Positions 1-8,229 of a stretch of DNA of 64,000 bases are shown piece after piece. The notes beneath the pieces are model-generated. The model saw only the letters and a list, made by a program, of their open reading frames with translations. It ran no database searches and was not told where the DNA came from. The position numbers and the translations under genes were made by a program. Origin of the DNA: an uncultured Methanosarcinales archaeon (GTDB lineage Archaea > Nanobdellota > Nanobdellia > Woesearchaeales > CAYPCY01); contig CAYPCY010000001.1 of NCBI GenBank assembly GCA_964409385.1, positions 41,456 to 105,455 of the forward strand, written 5' to 3'. How positions within the stretch are numbered: position 1 is the stretch's first letter; each line of letters starts with the position of its first letter.

Positions 1-829
1 AATATTCTCTTAGAACGCCTAATACAAAAACAATAAGACAAACAGCCACGGTTATAACACCTATTTTTTTACCAAATATTTTTAGTTTATTCTGTAGTGG
101 AGTTAATTCGGGTTTTGCTGCAAGAACTGTTTCGGCTATTTTTCCAAATTCAGTCTTCATTGCTGTTTTTATTACTATTGCTTTTGCTTTACCCTTGCTT
201 ATTACTGTACCTGTGAAAAGTATGTTTTTTTGTTCTGAAATTAATACACTTTTTTTTATTATGAAATTAGTTTTTTCAACAGGTTTTGATTCTCCTGTTA
301 ATATGGCTTCATCTACTTGTAAATTTTGAGAATTTATTATTCTAGCATCTGCAGGTATTTTGTCTCCTTGAGATAATATTAGAATGTCTCCAACAACTAT
401 ATTTTCTGTGTTTATTCTTTTTCGAATATTATCTCTATAAACTGTTGTAAAAACTGGAGATAGTTTTTTTAATTTTTCTAATGCATTATTTGCTCTATAT
501 TCTTGTATGAATCCTAGAAATGCATTCAATATTACAATTGCTAAAATAACATAAGCATCTAATATTTCTCCTAGAATTAATGAAATTATTATGGCTGCTA
601 TAAGAATATATATTAATATAGAATTAAATTGTCTTAATAAAATTTCAAGCCAGGTTGTTTTTTTCTTTTGTGTTATTTTATTTTTTCCGAATTTATAAAG
701 TCTTATTTTTGCTTCTTTTGTTGTAATTCCTTTTTCAGAAGTATTTAATTCTTTGAAAATTGTTTTAATAGTTTGTTTGTAAGCTTCCACTTTAAATTCT
801 TTTTTTCTAGCATATATTAATTTTTTCAA
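1..829 (-). CDS. P-type cation-transporting ATPase, N-terminal part; the gene continues beyond the window start. No in-frame ATG: the likely start is TTG at 829 or GTG at 790.
   Basis: Minus-strand translation gives LNTSEKGITTKEAKIRLYKFGKNKI, then TM helices, then GDILILSQGDKIPADARII...LQVDEAILTGESKPVEK, the classic P-type ATPase actuator-domain motif. The ATG at 813 is out of frame. There is no stop before position 1. Confidence 0.7.
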   Translation of the reverse strand, partial: MKKLIYARKKEFKVEAYKQTIKTIFKELNTSEKGITTKEAKIRLYKFGKNKITQKKKTTWLEILLRQFNSILIYILIAAIIISLILGEILDAYVILAIVILNAFLGFIQEYRANNALEKLKKLSPVFTTVYRDNIRKRINTENIVVGDILILSQGDKIPADARIINSQNLQVDEAILTGESKPVEKTNFIIKKSVLISEQKNILFTGTVISKGKAKAIVIKTAMKTEFGKIAETVLAAKPELTPLQNKLKIFGKKIGVITVAVCLIVFVLGVLREY

Positions 830-996
830 TGAATGTTACTACTAACAGGTTTTAAATTTTCGAAACCTTTATAAAGAAGTAATACCACTGAATAGTAATA
901 AAGATAGGGGAGTTATGAAGAATTGATTATTATTCTGCTATGAATAAAACACCTCACCCTCTTTTAACCCACTTCAATTCTTCACCCCTTTCTTTT

Positions 997-1671
997 TTAT
1001 ATTAATTTTAAACTAGCTTTTTCAAGAATAAAATCATATTTTGAAAGTTTTCCTTTTCCATCATAAACAGGATAAGAAATTCCTAGAACAGAATCAGGCT
1101 CAGAATCTTTTGCATTAATAACTACGCTTGGAGAATATTTTATATCCAATTCAAACTTATCATATCCTAAATTCAATTCTAATTTTTTCTTAATTCCATA
1201 AACACTCGTTATTTCCCTTGTTGTTTCATAGTCTGTAGATGAATGAAAAGTGTCAAAATAAGCATGTGAATGAATCCAACCAATAATTCTTTTTTGTTCT
1301 TTAATAATTTTTTTCTCAAGACATTCCACCTCTAAAACTTCACAATATGCCCTTTCAATTTTTTGCCTATCTGGTAATTGTAAATCTATTATTTCATCAG
1401 AATCATTCTCAGAAATTGCATAAAGAAAGATTTCTAGTGGAGAATTATATTTTTTAATAATTTTTTTTGCAAGATAAATTCCTTTTAATAATGCTTTTTT
1501 CTTAATTATTACTTGTTTTGGAAAGATATTTATAGTTTCCTGAATCGACACATTAACATAATTTGAAAGAAGTTTAATTATTGTTTTTTCTCTTTTATTA
1601 TATTTTTTTGACTTTTGATATTGTTTCCACCAAAATTTTAATGACTTGTTAGCAACCACAAATCTCACCAC
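997..1671 (-). CDS. JAMM/MPN+ metalloprotease (Rpn11/deubiquitinase-like), last gene of the Ubl-E2-E1-JAMM cassette
   Basis: Motif E...HSHAYFDTFHSSTD fits E-x(n)-H-x-H-x7-S-x2-D. It overlaps the upstream E1-like gene by 23 nt. Confidence 0.7.
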   Translation of the reverse strand: MVRFVVANKSLKFWWKQYQKSKKYNKREKTIIKLLSNYVNVSIQETINIFPKQVIIKKKALLKGIYLAKKIIKKYNSPLEIFLYAISENDSDEIIDLQLPDRQKIERAYCEVLEVECLEKKIIKEQKRIIGWIHSHAYFDTFHSSTDYETTREITSVYGIKKKLELNLGYDKFELDIKYSPSVVINAKDSEPDSVLGISYPVYDGKGKLSKYDFILEKASLKLI

Positions 1672-2929
1672 ACAAATCTTTTTTTCTTGAAAATAAATTT
1701 TGTGAATAAGAAGAAAAATTTAATGAAACATTTTTATTCAAATTTAAAGATAATGCTTCCACTGCCATTTGAGTTCCTACAAACATATTAGTTGTTATCA
1801 CACTAGGAGAAATATTTTCAGACATACAAGAATTTTTAATTTCTTTAAATTTTGAAAATCCTTTTCTACAATCCAAACAATTATTCTTTGACGGAATATA
1901 TGTTGATAATTCCCCTTCAGATTGATCAGTTCTTCCATCAACATAAACTTTTCCTGCTTTTACAGCAGCAGCGCTCAAAATAGATCTGGTTTTAAAATTA
2001 TCTACACAACCAAGAATTATATCAGATTTGGAAATCAAACTATTAATATTATTAACAGAAACATTTTCAACAAGATAAGATACATTAATAGATTTATTAA
2101 GTTTTGATATTCTTTTTGCTAGACTTTTTGATTTATATTCTCCAACAAGTCCATAATACAATATTTGTCTATTTAAATTTGAAGTTTCAACAATATCTGA
2201 ATCAATAATTTTTAAATTAGTATTTGATGATGCCAAACCTAGTGCTGAAAAAGTTCCTAAAGCGCCAGCACCAACAATAAGCGCATTTCCATAGTCGTTC
2301 AACAAAGTAGGTAAAAAATAAGTTACTTTTTCGCTCTCTCTTAATTTTTTCTCACCAGTCAAAACAAACAACTCTTTCCTAACAGAGTCAAGAACTATGG
2401 ACGCAATAATTCCTGAAGTCAACATTCCTTGTTTTCTACCATGATATTCTGATAATAAAATTTCTGACAAACTTTTTTGTTTAATAAATTTAGAACTTTT
2501 TTTTGTGGAGCTAACAGAATACATTTTTATGTTTGATTTCATAGCATACTCAAAACAAATTTCTTTAGAGTAAGAATTATTTGAACATTCTATTATTATA
2601 TCTGGATTTTCATAATTAAGAATGGCCTTTATTGGTTTTATAAAATAACTTGAGTAGTTTACATTTTGATTAATAAGTTTCAAAGTTTCAATAATTAATT
2701 CGTTTTTTTTAGAACCCATACTGTTTTTTTTTAAACTAAGAAAATTAAAATTAGTTTTTGCACGGGTATTATCTATTAACACAATATTTCCAAAACCGAG
2801 TGCTGAAAGTCCTGCTAAAATATATTGGGATGAAAAATCAGTTCCAGAAACAAGTATTTTGGTTTTTTTTAACTTATTTTGATTTTTACGCCCCCATATT
2901 CTAACATGTCTATCTTCAACATCATACAT
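1649..2929 (-). CDS. E1-like ubiquitin-activating enzyme, single chain with an N-terminal inactive adenylation domain and a C-terminal active adenylation domain (eukaryotic Uba1/SAE/NAE-like architecture)
   Basis: N-half has DRHVRIWG...KILVSG with a degenerate Gly loop, matching the YDRQIRLWG start of eukaryotic E1 regulatory subunits. C-half has IVGAGALGT...IDSDIVETSNLNRQ (ThiF/MoeB/E1 ATP-binding motif), CLDC (CxxC) and a candidate catalytic Cys in SCMSENISPS followed by GTQMAVEALSL. The C-terminus is CGEICGC. Confidence 0.7.
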   Translation of the reverse strand: MYDVEDRHVRIWGRKNQNKLKKTKILVSGTDFSSQYILAGLSALGFGNIVLIDNTRAKTNFNFLSLKKNSMGSKKNELIIETLKLINQNVNYSSYFIKPIKAILNYENPDIIIECSNNSYSKEICFEYAMKSNIKMYSVSSTKKSSKFIKQKSLSEILLSEYHGRKQGMLTSGIIASIVLDSVRKELFVLTGEKKLRESEKVTYFLPTLLNDYGNALIVGAGALGTFSALGLASSNTNLKIIDSDIVETSNLNRQILYYGLVGEYKSKSLAKRISKLNKSINVSYLVENVSVNNINSLISKSDIILGCVDNFKTRSILSAAAVKAGKVYVDGRTDQSEGELSTYIPSKNNCLDCRKGFSKFKEIKNSCMSENISPSVITTNMFVGTQMAVEALSLNLNKNVSLNFSSYSQNLFSRKKDLCGEICGC

Positions 2930-3973
2930 TTAACTAACCTCGCAAATTTCAAGATTAGTATTTTTTAAAGTATAATAGGGAATTAATAAATCATTAAAAT
3001 TAATAGGATTTAATTCTCTATGAACTGCTACATTATTAGTAACTCCTTTTTTCAAAAGATTTTCTCCTGTAATCAATACATCTGCAATTTGGCCTGCAAC
3101 ATTATTTTCTTTTAGCTTATTAATATTATAAGAATTAAATGACACTCTTTTGTCTCTCCAATATTGTTTTATATAAGGACCGTGACATATTGATCGAGAA
3201 TTTGTTGAATAATTTGTTAATGGATGTTTATATTTACCTTTTACTCTTGCAATTGTAAATTGAAGTAATGAATTATTAAGAGAAATAGTAGTGTATACTT
3301 CTGCTGGAGGAAATTTATAATAATTGGTGCCTGATTTTATTATAAAAGTTTCCAACTTAGAGATAATTTGATATTTTGAATTTCCAATTTTATTAATTGA
3401 AATATTTCTTTTTATAATAGGAAATTTTTGAATAATATAATTATTGTTAAATGTAATATTTGAATCAATTAAGAAATCATATTTTCTTTTAAATTTATTA
3501 TATGACATCAAATTAGTTAAGGAATACGTACTTTCTTCAAAGTTCACATATTCATGATTATTTTTTGAAGGATTTAAAGAATAAATATTTGTTTGATAAA
3601 AAAGAAGTCCTTTATTCTTATCTAAAATATTATTTATTAATGATTTATTAAATTTTTTTAAATTAACATTAGCTTTTTCAGTTTTTCTTCTACTAATTTT
3701 TTTATTTTTTTTAATAATAAAATACTCATTTGCGACCTCTTCGAAAAAATTATTAATAGTGAAATTTTCTTTTTTATTAGGTATATTATTGTACTTCTCC
3801 AATAATTCATTTTCTAAATATTTAATACTTTCAGAAATTTCAAGGCCTATTTTTATATCATGAAATGCGAGAAAATTATTTTTGGATTCTTTTGTTAAAG
3901 TATATATTCTTTCTTTCATTATTATAAAAGGATCTTTAGAATCCATAAGAATTTTAATAAGTGAAGGAAGCAA
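2930..3973 (-). CDS. E2-like (UBC-fold) ubiquitin-conjugating enzyme candidate with a ~200-aa N-terminal extension of unknown function
   Basis: C-terminal region YKFPPAEVY...KHPLTNYSTNSRSICHGPYIKQYW resembles the E2 core YPFKPP...HPN-x(8-10)-ICL-x(6-8)-W. The stop/start abuts both the Ubl gene and the E1 gene. Confidence 0.4.
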   Translation of the reverse strand: MLPSLIKILMDSKDPFIIMKERIYTLTKESKNNFLAFHDIKIGLEISESIKYLENELLEKYNNIPNKKENFTINNFFEEVANEYFIIKKNKKISRRKTEKANVNLKKFNKSLINNILDKNKGLLFYQTNIYSLNPSKNNHEYVNFEESTYSLTNLMSYNKFKRKYDFLIDSNITFNNNYIIQKFPIIKRNISINKIGNSKYQIISKLETFIIKSGTNYYKFPPAEVYTTISLNNSLLQFTIARVKGKYKHPLTNYSTNSRSICHGPYIKQYWRDKRVSFNSYNINKLKENNVAGQIADVLITGENLLKKGVTNNVAVHRELNPINFNDLLIPYYTLKNTNLEICEVS

Positions 3974-4378
3974 TTACTTTCCTCCTGCGGGTGTATAATC
4001 CATCACTAAATTTATTGATTTAAAAGTTACTTGTGAAGAACCTATAGGACGCTCTTCTTCATTAAGAATTTGTGAAGAATAATCTCCTATTATATCTTGT
4101 AAGCCTATTTCAGTTAATTGGTCATTATTATTTTTAAAATATATTGATGTTCTTCCTTGATTATTTTCCATCCTATTTTTCCATCTCTTTAAAGTTGTTG
4201 TAGTTTCTATTTGAGAAGAAGAGTATTCTTCATTCAAATCATCTTTTTTATTAGTTAATAAATAGTCAGTTATATCTGAAAATGTTCTTTCCATATAAGA
4301 ACTATTCACTTGTTTTGTTAAAGTTTCCAAATTATTTTGTCCTCTTGCTGATAAAGATGTTATTATTGGTTTTTCCAT
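3974..4378 (-). CDS. Ubiquitin-like modifier precursor candidate (C-terminal ...NLVMDYTPAGG-K), first gene of the cassette
   Basis: 134 aa ending in a diglycine plus one extra Lys, as expected for a Ubl that needs C-terminal processing. It abuts the E2-like gene and is co-oriented with the E1 and JAMM genes. The fold itself is not verifiable by eye. Confidence 0.35.
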   Translation of the reverse strand: MEKPIITSLSARGQNNLETLTKQVNSSYMERTFSDITDYLLTNKKDDLNEEYSSSQIETTTTLKRWKNRMENNQGRTSIYFKNNNDQLTEIGLQDIIGDYSSQILNEEERPIGSSQVTFKSINLVMDYTPAGGK

Positions 4379-4524
4379 TTTAATACCTCCAGTAATTTCA
4401 ATTAAAACTATTACTATTTTTTTTATTTAAATTATTGAAGAAAAAGTCTCAGATTTTCAAGAATCTTGAATAACTGTCGACCTCATAGAAAAGTATTTAA
4501 AGTTCTTGCTTTTTTTTCTTATTA

Positions 4525-5160
4525 ATGAAAAGGGTGATTCAAAGGCTTATTAGTAAGCTATTTGGGGGTTTGTTTGGTATTAAAAAAAGGATTAAATTAG
4601 GATTGTATGGTCCTCCAAACGGTGGAAAAACAACTTTAGCAAACAAAATTTGTAAGGATACTCTCGGAGAAGATATTGGTTCAGTTTCCAATGTTCCTCA
4701 TGAAACTAGAGAGATTCAGATTAAAGAAGAAATTAAAATTGAAAGTGATGGAAGATCATTAACTTTTAACCTTGTAGATACTCCTGGAATTGCTACTAGA
4801 ATTGATTATGAAGATTTCTTAAAGTTTGGAATGAAAGAAAAAGAGGCTAAAGAAAGGGCCAAAGAAGCAACAAAGGGAGTAATAGATTCTATTAAATGGC
4901 TTGATGATATGGATACAGTATTAGTAGTTCTTGACTCAACAAAGGATCCTTTTACTCAAGTTAATATTACTATTATTGGAAATCTTCAAGCTAGGAAAAT
5001 TCCTGTTTTAATAGTTGCTAACAAAATTGATCTTAAAAAATCAGATATTAAAAAAGTTGAATCTGCATTTCCTCAATATCCCCTAGTAGGTATTTCTGCT
5101 AAACACGGTAATAATTTAGAAGAATTTTATGATAAAGTTTTTGATTTGGTGAATAAATAA
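4525..5160 (+). CDS. Small GTP-binding protein (Ras-like/TRAFAC class GTPase)
   Basis: G1 GPPNGGKTT, G3 DTPG, G4 NKID, G5 SAK. The stop overlaps the next start (ATGA). Confidence 0.7.
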   Translation: MKRVIQRLISKLFGGLFGIKKRIKLGLYGPPNGGKTTLANKICKDTLGEDIGSVSNVPHETREIQIKEEIKIESDGRSLTFNLVDTPGIATRIDYEDFLKFGMKEKEAKERAKEATKGVIDSIKWLDDMDTVLVVLDSTKDPFTQVNITIIGNLQARKIPVLIVANKIDLKKSDIKKVESAFPQYPLVGISAKHGNNLEEFYDKVFDLVNK

Positions 5161-5537
5161 TGTTAACTTTGCAATTCATTCCTTATTTTGAAATTGAACA
5201 ATTAGATTCTGAAGAAAGAATTAAAAAATTAATTAAATTGGTTAAACAAGAAAAAATAGTTTTGTTAGAAGGACGATTAGATCAAGAAGAAGAAACTGAT
5301 TTAATTAGAAGGACAATGGAAGAAATTTCTGGAAAATTTAAAGGCATAGAATTAAGTGTTATTTATCCTGATGGTGGAGATTCTGATTTTTTTAATAAAT
5401 TAAAACAGACAATATTAAATGTTATTCTTGGAAATAGACAAGGCATGACAATAATAGGTCCTGCATCTATAATTAAAGAAATAAAACAAGATCCTGATAA
5501 GATTCAATTATTTGCTATAGATAAGAGGCGAAAATAA
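5160..5537 (+). CDS. Conserved archaeal protein of unknown function (DUF2073-like), co-operonic with the GTPase
   Basis: 125 aa. Translationally coupled to both neighbours. The family assignment is from memory of conserved archaeal GTPase/DUF2073/Zn-ribbon neighbourhoods. Confidence 0.35.
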   Translation: MLTLQFIPYFEIEQLDSEERIKKLIKLVKQEKIVLLEGRLDQEEETDLIRRTMEEISGKFKGIELSVIYPDGGDSDFFNKLKQTILNVILGNRQGMTIIGPASIIKEIKQDPDKIQLFAIDKRRK

Positions 5538-5918
5538 ATGTCGCACCAATGTGTTAATTGTGGTAATTTATTTGATAATAAATCTGAGAAAATATTAACT
5601 GGTTGTGATTGTGGTGGAAAATTATTTTTTTTCATTAAAAATAATGCATCAATAAAAAAATCTTCTGAGGATCTAATTAAATTAACAACTAAAGATAAAA
5701 AACAAATTGAAAAAGATGTTTATGATTTAATTGGGAATGAATTAGATAAAGATAAACCAATAGTTCTTGATTTAGAAACTATTAAAATTCTTAAGCCTGG
5801 TAAGTATGAGTTAGATCTTGTTTCTTTATTAAAAAAGAAACCTTTAATATTTAAACTTCAAGAAGGAAAGTATGTTATAGATCTTACTGAAAGTTTTAAA
5901 GAAAAATATTTTAAATAA
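5538..5918 (+). CDS. Zn-ribbon protein (CxxC...CxC)
   Basis: N-terminal CVNCGNLF...GCDCGG. It follows the DUF2073-like gene directly. Confidence 0.5.
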   Translation: MSHQCVNCGNLFDNKSEKILTGCDCGGKLFFFIKNNASIKKSSEDLIKLTTKDKKQIEKDVYDLIGNELDKDKPIVLDLETIKILKPGKYELDLVSLLKKKPLIFKLQEGKYVIDLTESFKEKYFK

Positions 5919-5919
5919 G

Positions 5920-6675
5920 ATGTTTGTTGATTGTCATGCCCATTTAGATTCTGAAAAATTTACTAATTTGTCCAGTATTTTAGATAATTCTGTTAAATCA
6001 GGTGTTAAAAGAATCATGAATAATGGATTGGATCCTGAAAGCAATAGAAGAACATTAGAACTTTCTAAACATAAAATTATTGATGCAGCATTAGGTATTC
6101 ATCCCACAATTATTCCTGAATTATCTATAAATGAAATTGATAAAGAAATTAGTTTTATTGAGAAAAATGTTGATGTTATTAAGGCTATTGGCGAAACAGG
6201 TTTAGATTTTCATTGGATTGATAAGAGTGATTTGAAAATTGTTAAAAAAATGAAGGAAACTTTTGAAAAACTTGTAAAGGTTTCTTTAAAGTATTCTAAA
6301 CCTATTATTGTTCATTCTAGAAAGGCAGAACTTGAAACTGTTGAGTTACTTGAAACTCTTAATAGTGAAAAAGTTGTTATGCATAGTTTTACTGGAAAGA
6401 AAGCATTATTAAAAAGAATTATTAAAAATAAATGGTTTGTTTCAATTCCTTGTACTGTAGTTAGAAGTACGCAAATTCAAGATTTTGTTAAGTTAGTTCC
6501 TTTAAAACAATTACTTACTGAGACTGATTGTCCTTGGCAATCTCCATTTTCTGGCAGAAATAATGAGCCAAGATTTGTTTCTGAATCAATAAAAAAGATT
6601 TCTGAAATTAAAGAAATTAATGAAATAGAATTACAAAAGATTATTTTTTCTAATTATATTCGATTGTTTGATTAA
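5920..6675 (+). CDS. tatD: TatD-family metal-dependent hydrolase/DNase
   Basis: MFVDCHAHLD start, with conserved His/Glu/Asp positions typical of TatD. 251 aa. Confidence 0.85.
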   Translation: MFVDCHAHLDSEKFTNLSSILDNSVKSGVKRIMNNGLDPESNRRTLELSKHKIIDAALGIHPTIIPELSINEIDKEISFIEKNVDVIKAIGETGLDFHWIDKSDLKIVKKMKETFEKLVKVSLKYSKPIIVHSRKAELETVELLETLNSEKVVMHSFTGKKALLKRIIKNKWFVSIPCTVVRSTQIQDFVKLVPLKQLLTETDCPWQSPFSGRNNEPRFVSESIKKISEIKEINEIELQKIIFSNYIRLFD

Positions 6676-7480
6676 TAACTTTTTCAATCAGAAAACTATC
6701 TAAATTAATATGTTGTTCAACTCCTTGGTTTAATTTTTTTCTGTTTAATTTTTTGCCTGAACTTTCAAATAATACACTATTAATTCCTTTCTTTGATAAG
6801 TATTCACTCATAGTATAATATCCTGGTTCAAAAGTTAAAATTTTTTCAAGAGCTGTCTTTTCAAAACCTAATGCGTAACCATGAATATTCAATTTCCATT
6901 TTGGAATTGTTCTAGAATCTAATTCGTTAACAAACTTATTAGTTTTATTAAGAAAAGTATTATTAAATTTATTTTTTTTTAGAATTGTTATTGTAGCTGG
7001 TAAAAATCGTGAGTATGCGTGATGATCTATATGTAAATAAATTCCTTCTTCTATTAAATTATCAATTTCATTTCTGAGAGCTGACGCAATTTCTGTATTT
7101 ATGCTATTTTCTTGAAACCATATTCTATTAAGATCTACCTTATCAACTATACTGTTAGTGTCTTTATAGTGATCTATTGTTCGTCTAGCTCCATTTCTAG
7201 CAGCCCAAGGATTACAAAATACTGCTTTGAAAGTTATATTATCAAAAGAATTCTTGTATTTTTCTACTATATTCTTTGCAGATTCTGCAAATGAATAGCA
7301 AGCGGCATATTCATCTCCGTGTAATGCATAGGTTGAAAGTATTGTTTTTTTCCCATTTCCAATTTCTGCACTTATTAAGTATTTATCAAAAGAATTAATT
7401 TTTTTAAGTTTTACATTAAATCCTCTACTTTCTAATTCTTCTAAAGAGTATAATACTTCATGATATGAGTTTTCTTTCAT
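6650..7480 (-). CDS. Zinc hydrolase of the succinylglutamate desuccinylase/aspartoacylase (AstE/AspA, M14-like) family
   Basis: ALHGDEYA, NPWAARNGARR and HIDHH motifs. Confidence 0.55.
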   Translation of the reverse strand: MKENSYHEVLYSLEELESRGFNVKLKKINSFDKYLISAEIGNGKKTILSTYALHGDEYAACYSFAESAKNIVEKYKNSFDNITFKAVFCNPWAARNGARRTIDHYKDTNSIVDKVDLNRIWFQENSINTEIASALRNEIDNLIEEGIYLHIDHHAYSRFLPATITILKKNKFNNTFLNKTNKFVNELDSRTIPKWKLNIHGYALGFEKTALEKILTFEPGYYTMSEYLSKKGINSVLFESSGKKLNRKKLNQGVEQHINLDSFLIEKVINQTIEYN

Positions 7481-7511
7481 GAAAGAGGAAATTTTATGTT
7501 AAATAAAAAGC

Positions 7512-7775
7512 TTACTGAACATATTCTGCTATTTTATGTATAATATATGCAGTTCCTAATCCCATAATTGCATATACAAAATTACTTGTTTCTTCATCAA
7601 GTTCTCTTCTTTTTTGTCTTTTTAATGTTGGTTTATGTTGTTTTTTTATTTTATTTGGTGTTTTTTTTCTAATTTCCCTCTTTTTAACTTGAGAACTTAT
7701 TTTTTTTGCTTCTTTTTTTATTAAATCCGTGATTCCTGAAGATTCTGTTTTCATAATATCTTCTAATAAACTCAT
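7512..7775 (-). CDS. Hypothetical small basic protein with a C-terminal hydrophobic segment
   Basis: ORF only. Confidence 0.3.
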   Translation of the reverse strand: MSLLEDIMKTESSGITDLIKKEAKKISSQVKKREIRKKTPNKIKKQHKPTLKRQKRRELDEETSNFVYAIMGLGTAYIIHKIAEYVQ

Positions 7776-7835
7776 TATTATTATTTTGTTAAAATAATTT
7801 AAAATAATTTCTTAGTTAATTTCAGAAATATTTCA

Positions 7836-8228
7836 TTATTCTAGTAAGAATTTTAATAATTCCCCATCATATTCTATTCTTGGAAGTATCATTACTGAAT
7901 CATGTTTTAATTTATGTATTTCTTTTATTGGCTCTCCAGAAACTTTCGCTTTCAATTTATAATAATTATCTTCTCTTGTTAATTTAATTTCAAATTTATT
8001 CAATACAATTGCATTAACATTTAACATATCAATTATTTCTTGCAACCAATCAAGTGATAAAATTTGAAAATTTCTTGATTTTAGTTCAATTTCAAAATCA
8101 CTTGTTGAATGCGTTTTTTTTAAATCTATTAAATAAGACATTAATTCTATTGCTGATTTCTCTAAAAGTTTTTCTTTGTTTTTTTCTTTTACTGTTATTT
8201 CAACAGCTCTTCCTTTTCTTTTTAACAT
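7836..8228 (-). CDS. Archease-like protein (tRNA-ligase cofactor family) with a divergent N-terminus
   Basis: LLEKSAIELMSYLIDL, DFEIELKS..LDWLQEIIDML..FEIKL and LKAKVSGEPIKEIHKLKHD align to the archease blocks LEEAF..AA..FSLMTDL and LKAKAWGEP..HE.K. The canonical N-terminal HTAD motif is not seen. Confidence 0.45.
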   Translation of the reverse strand: MLKRKGRAVEITVKEKNKEKLLEKSAIELMSYLIDLKKTHSTSDFEIELKSRNFQILSLDWLQEIIDMLNVNAIVLNKFEIKLTREDNYYKLKAKVSGEPIKEIHKLKHDSVMILPRIEYDGELLKFLLE

Positions 8229-8229
8229 T

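Noticed and set aside
811-813. ATG at 813 as the start of the P-type ATPase
   Set aside because: It is out of frame with the conserved ATPase translation: the in-frame read from it hits TAA after 22 codons. The true frame has no ATG and probably starts at TTG 829 or GTG 790.
1922-2107. Short plus-strand ORF inside the E1-like gene. The same applies to other small antisense or internal ORFs: 9098-9316, 9494-9902, 10804-11493, 12678-13233, 14589-15629, 16808-17670, 18076-18354, 19333-19608, 23450-23632, 24011-24295, 24784-24969, 29179-29370, 30242-31277, 31132-32064, 32037-33169, 33285-33515, 33675-33863, 35820-36032, 40218-40451, 40947-41189, 41312-41521, 41872-42132, 43376-43621, 44376-44579, 47070-47267, 49465-49689, 50478-51650, 52263-52574, 55092-55340, 56114-56398, 58644-58877, 59110-59782, 60207-61543, 7112-7294.
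   Set aside because: Their low-complexity, Leu/Phe/Ser-rich translations are typical of antisense or off-frame reads in AT-rich DNA. Each is fully contained in a larger ORF that has recognisable motifs.
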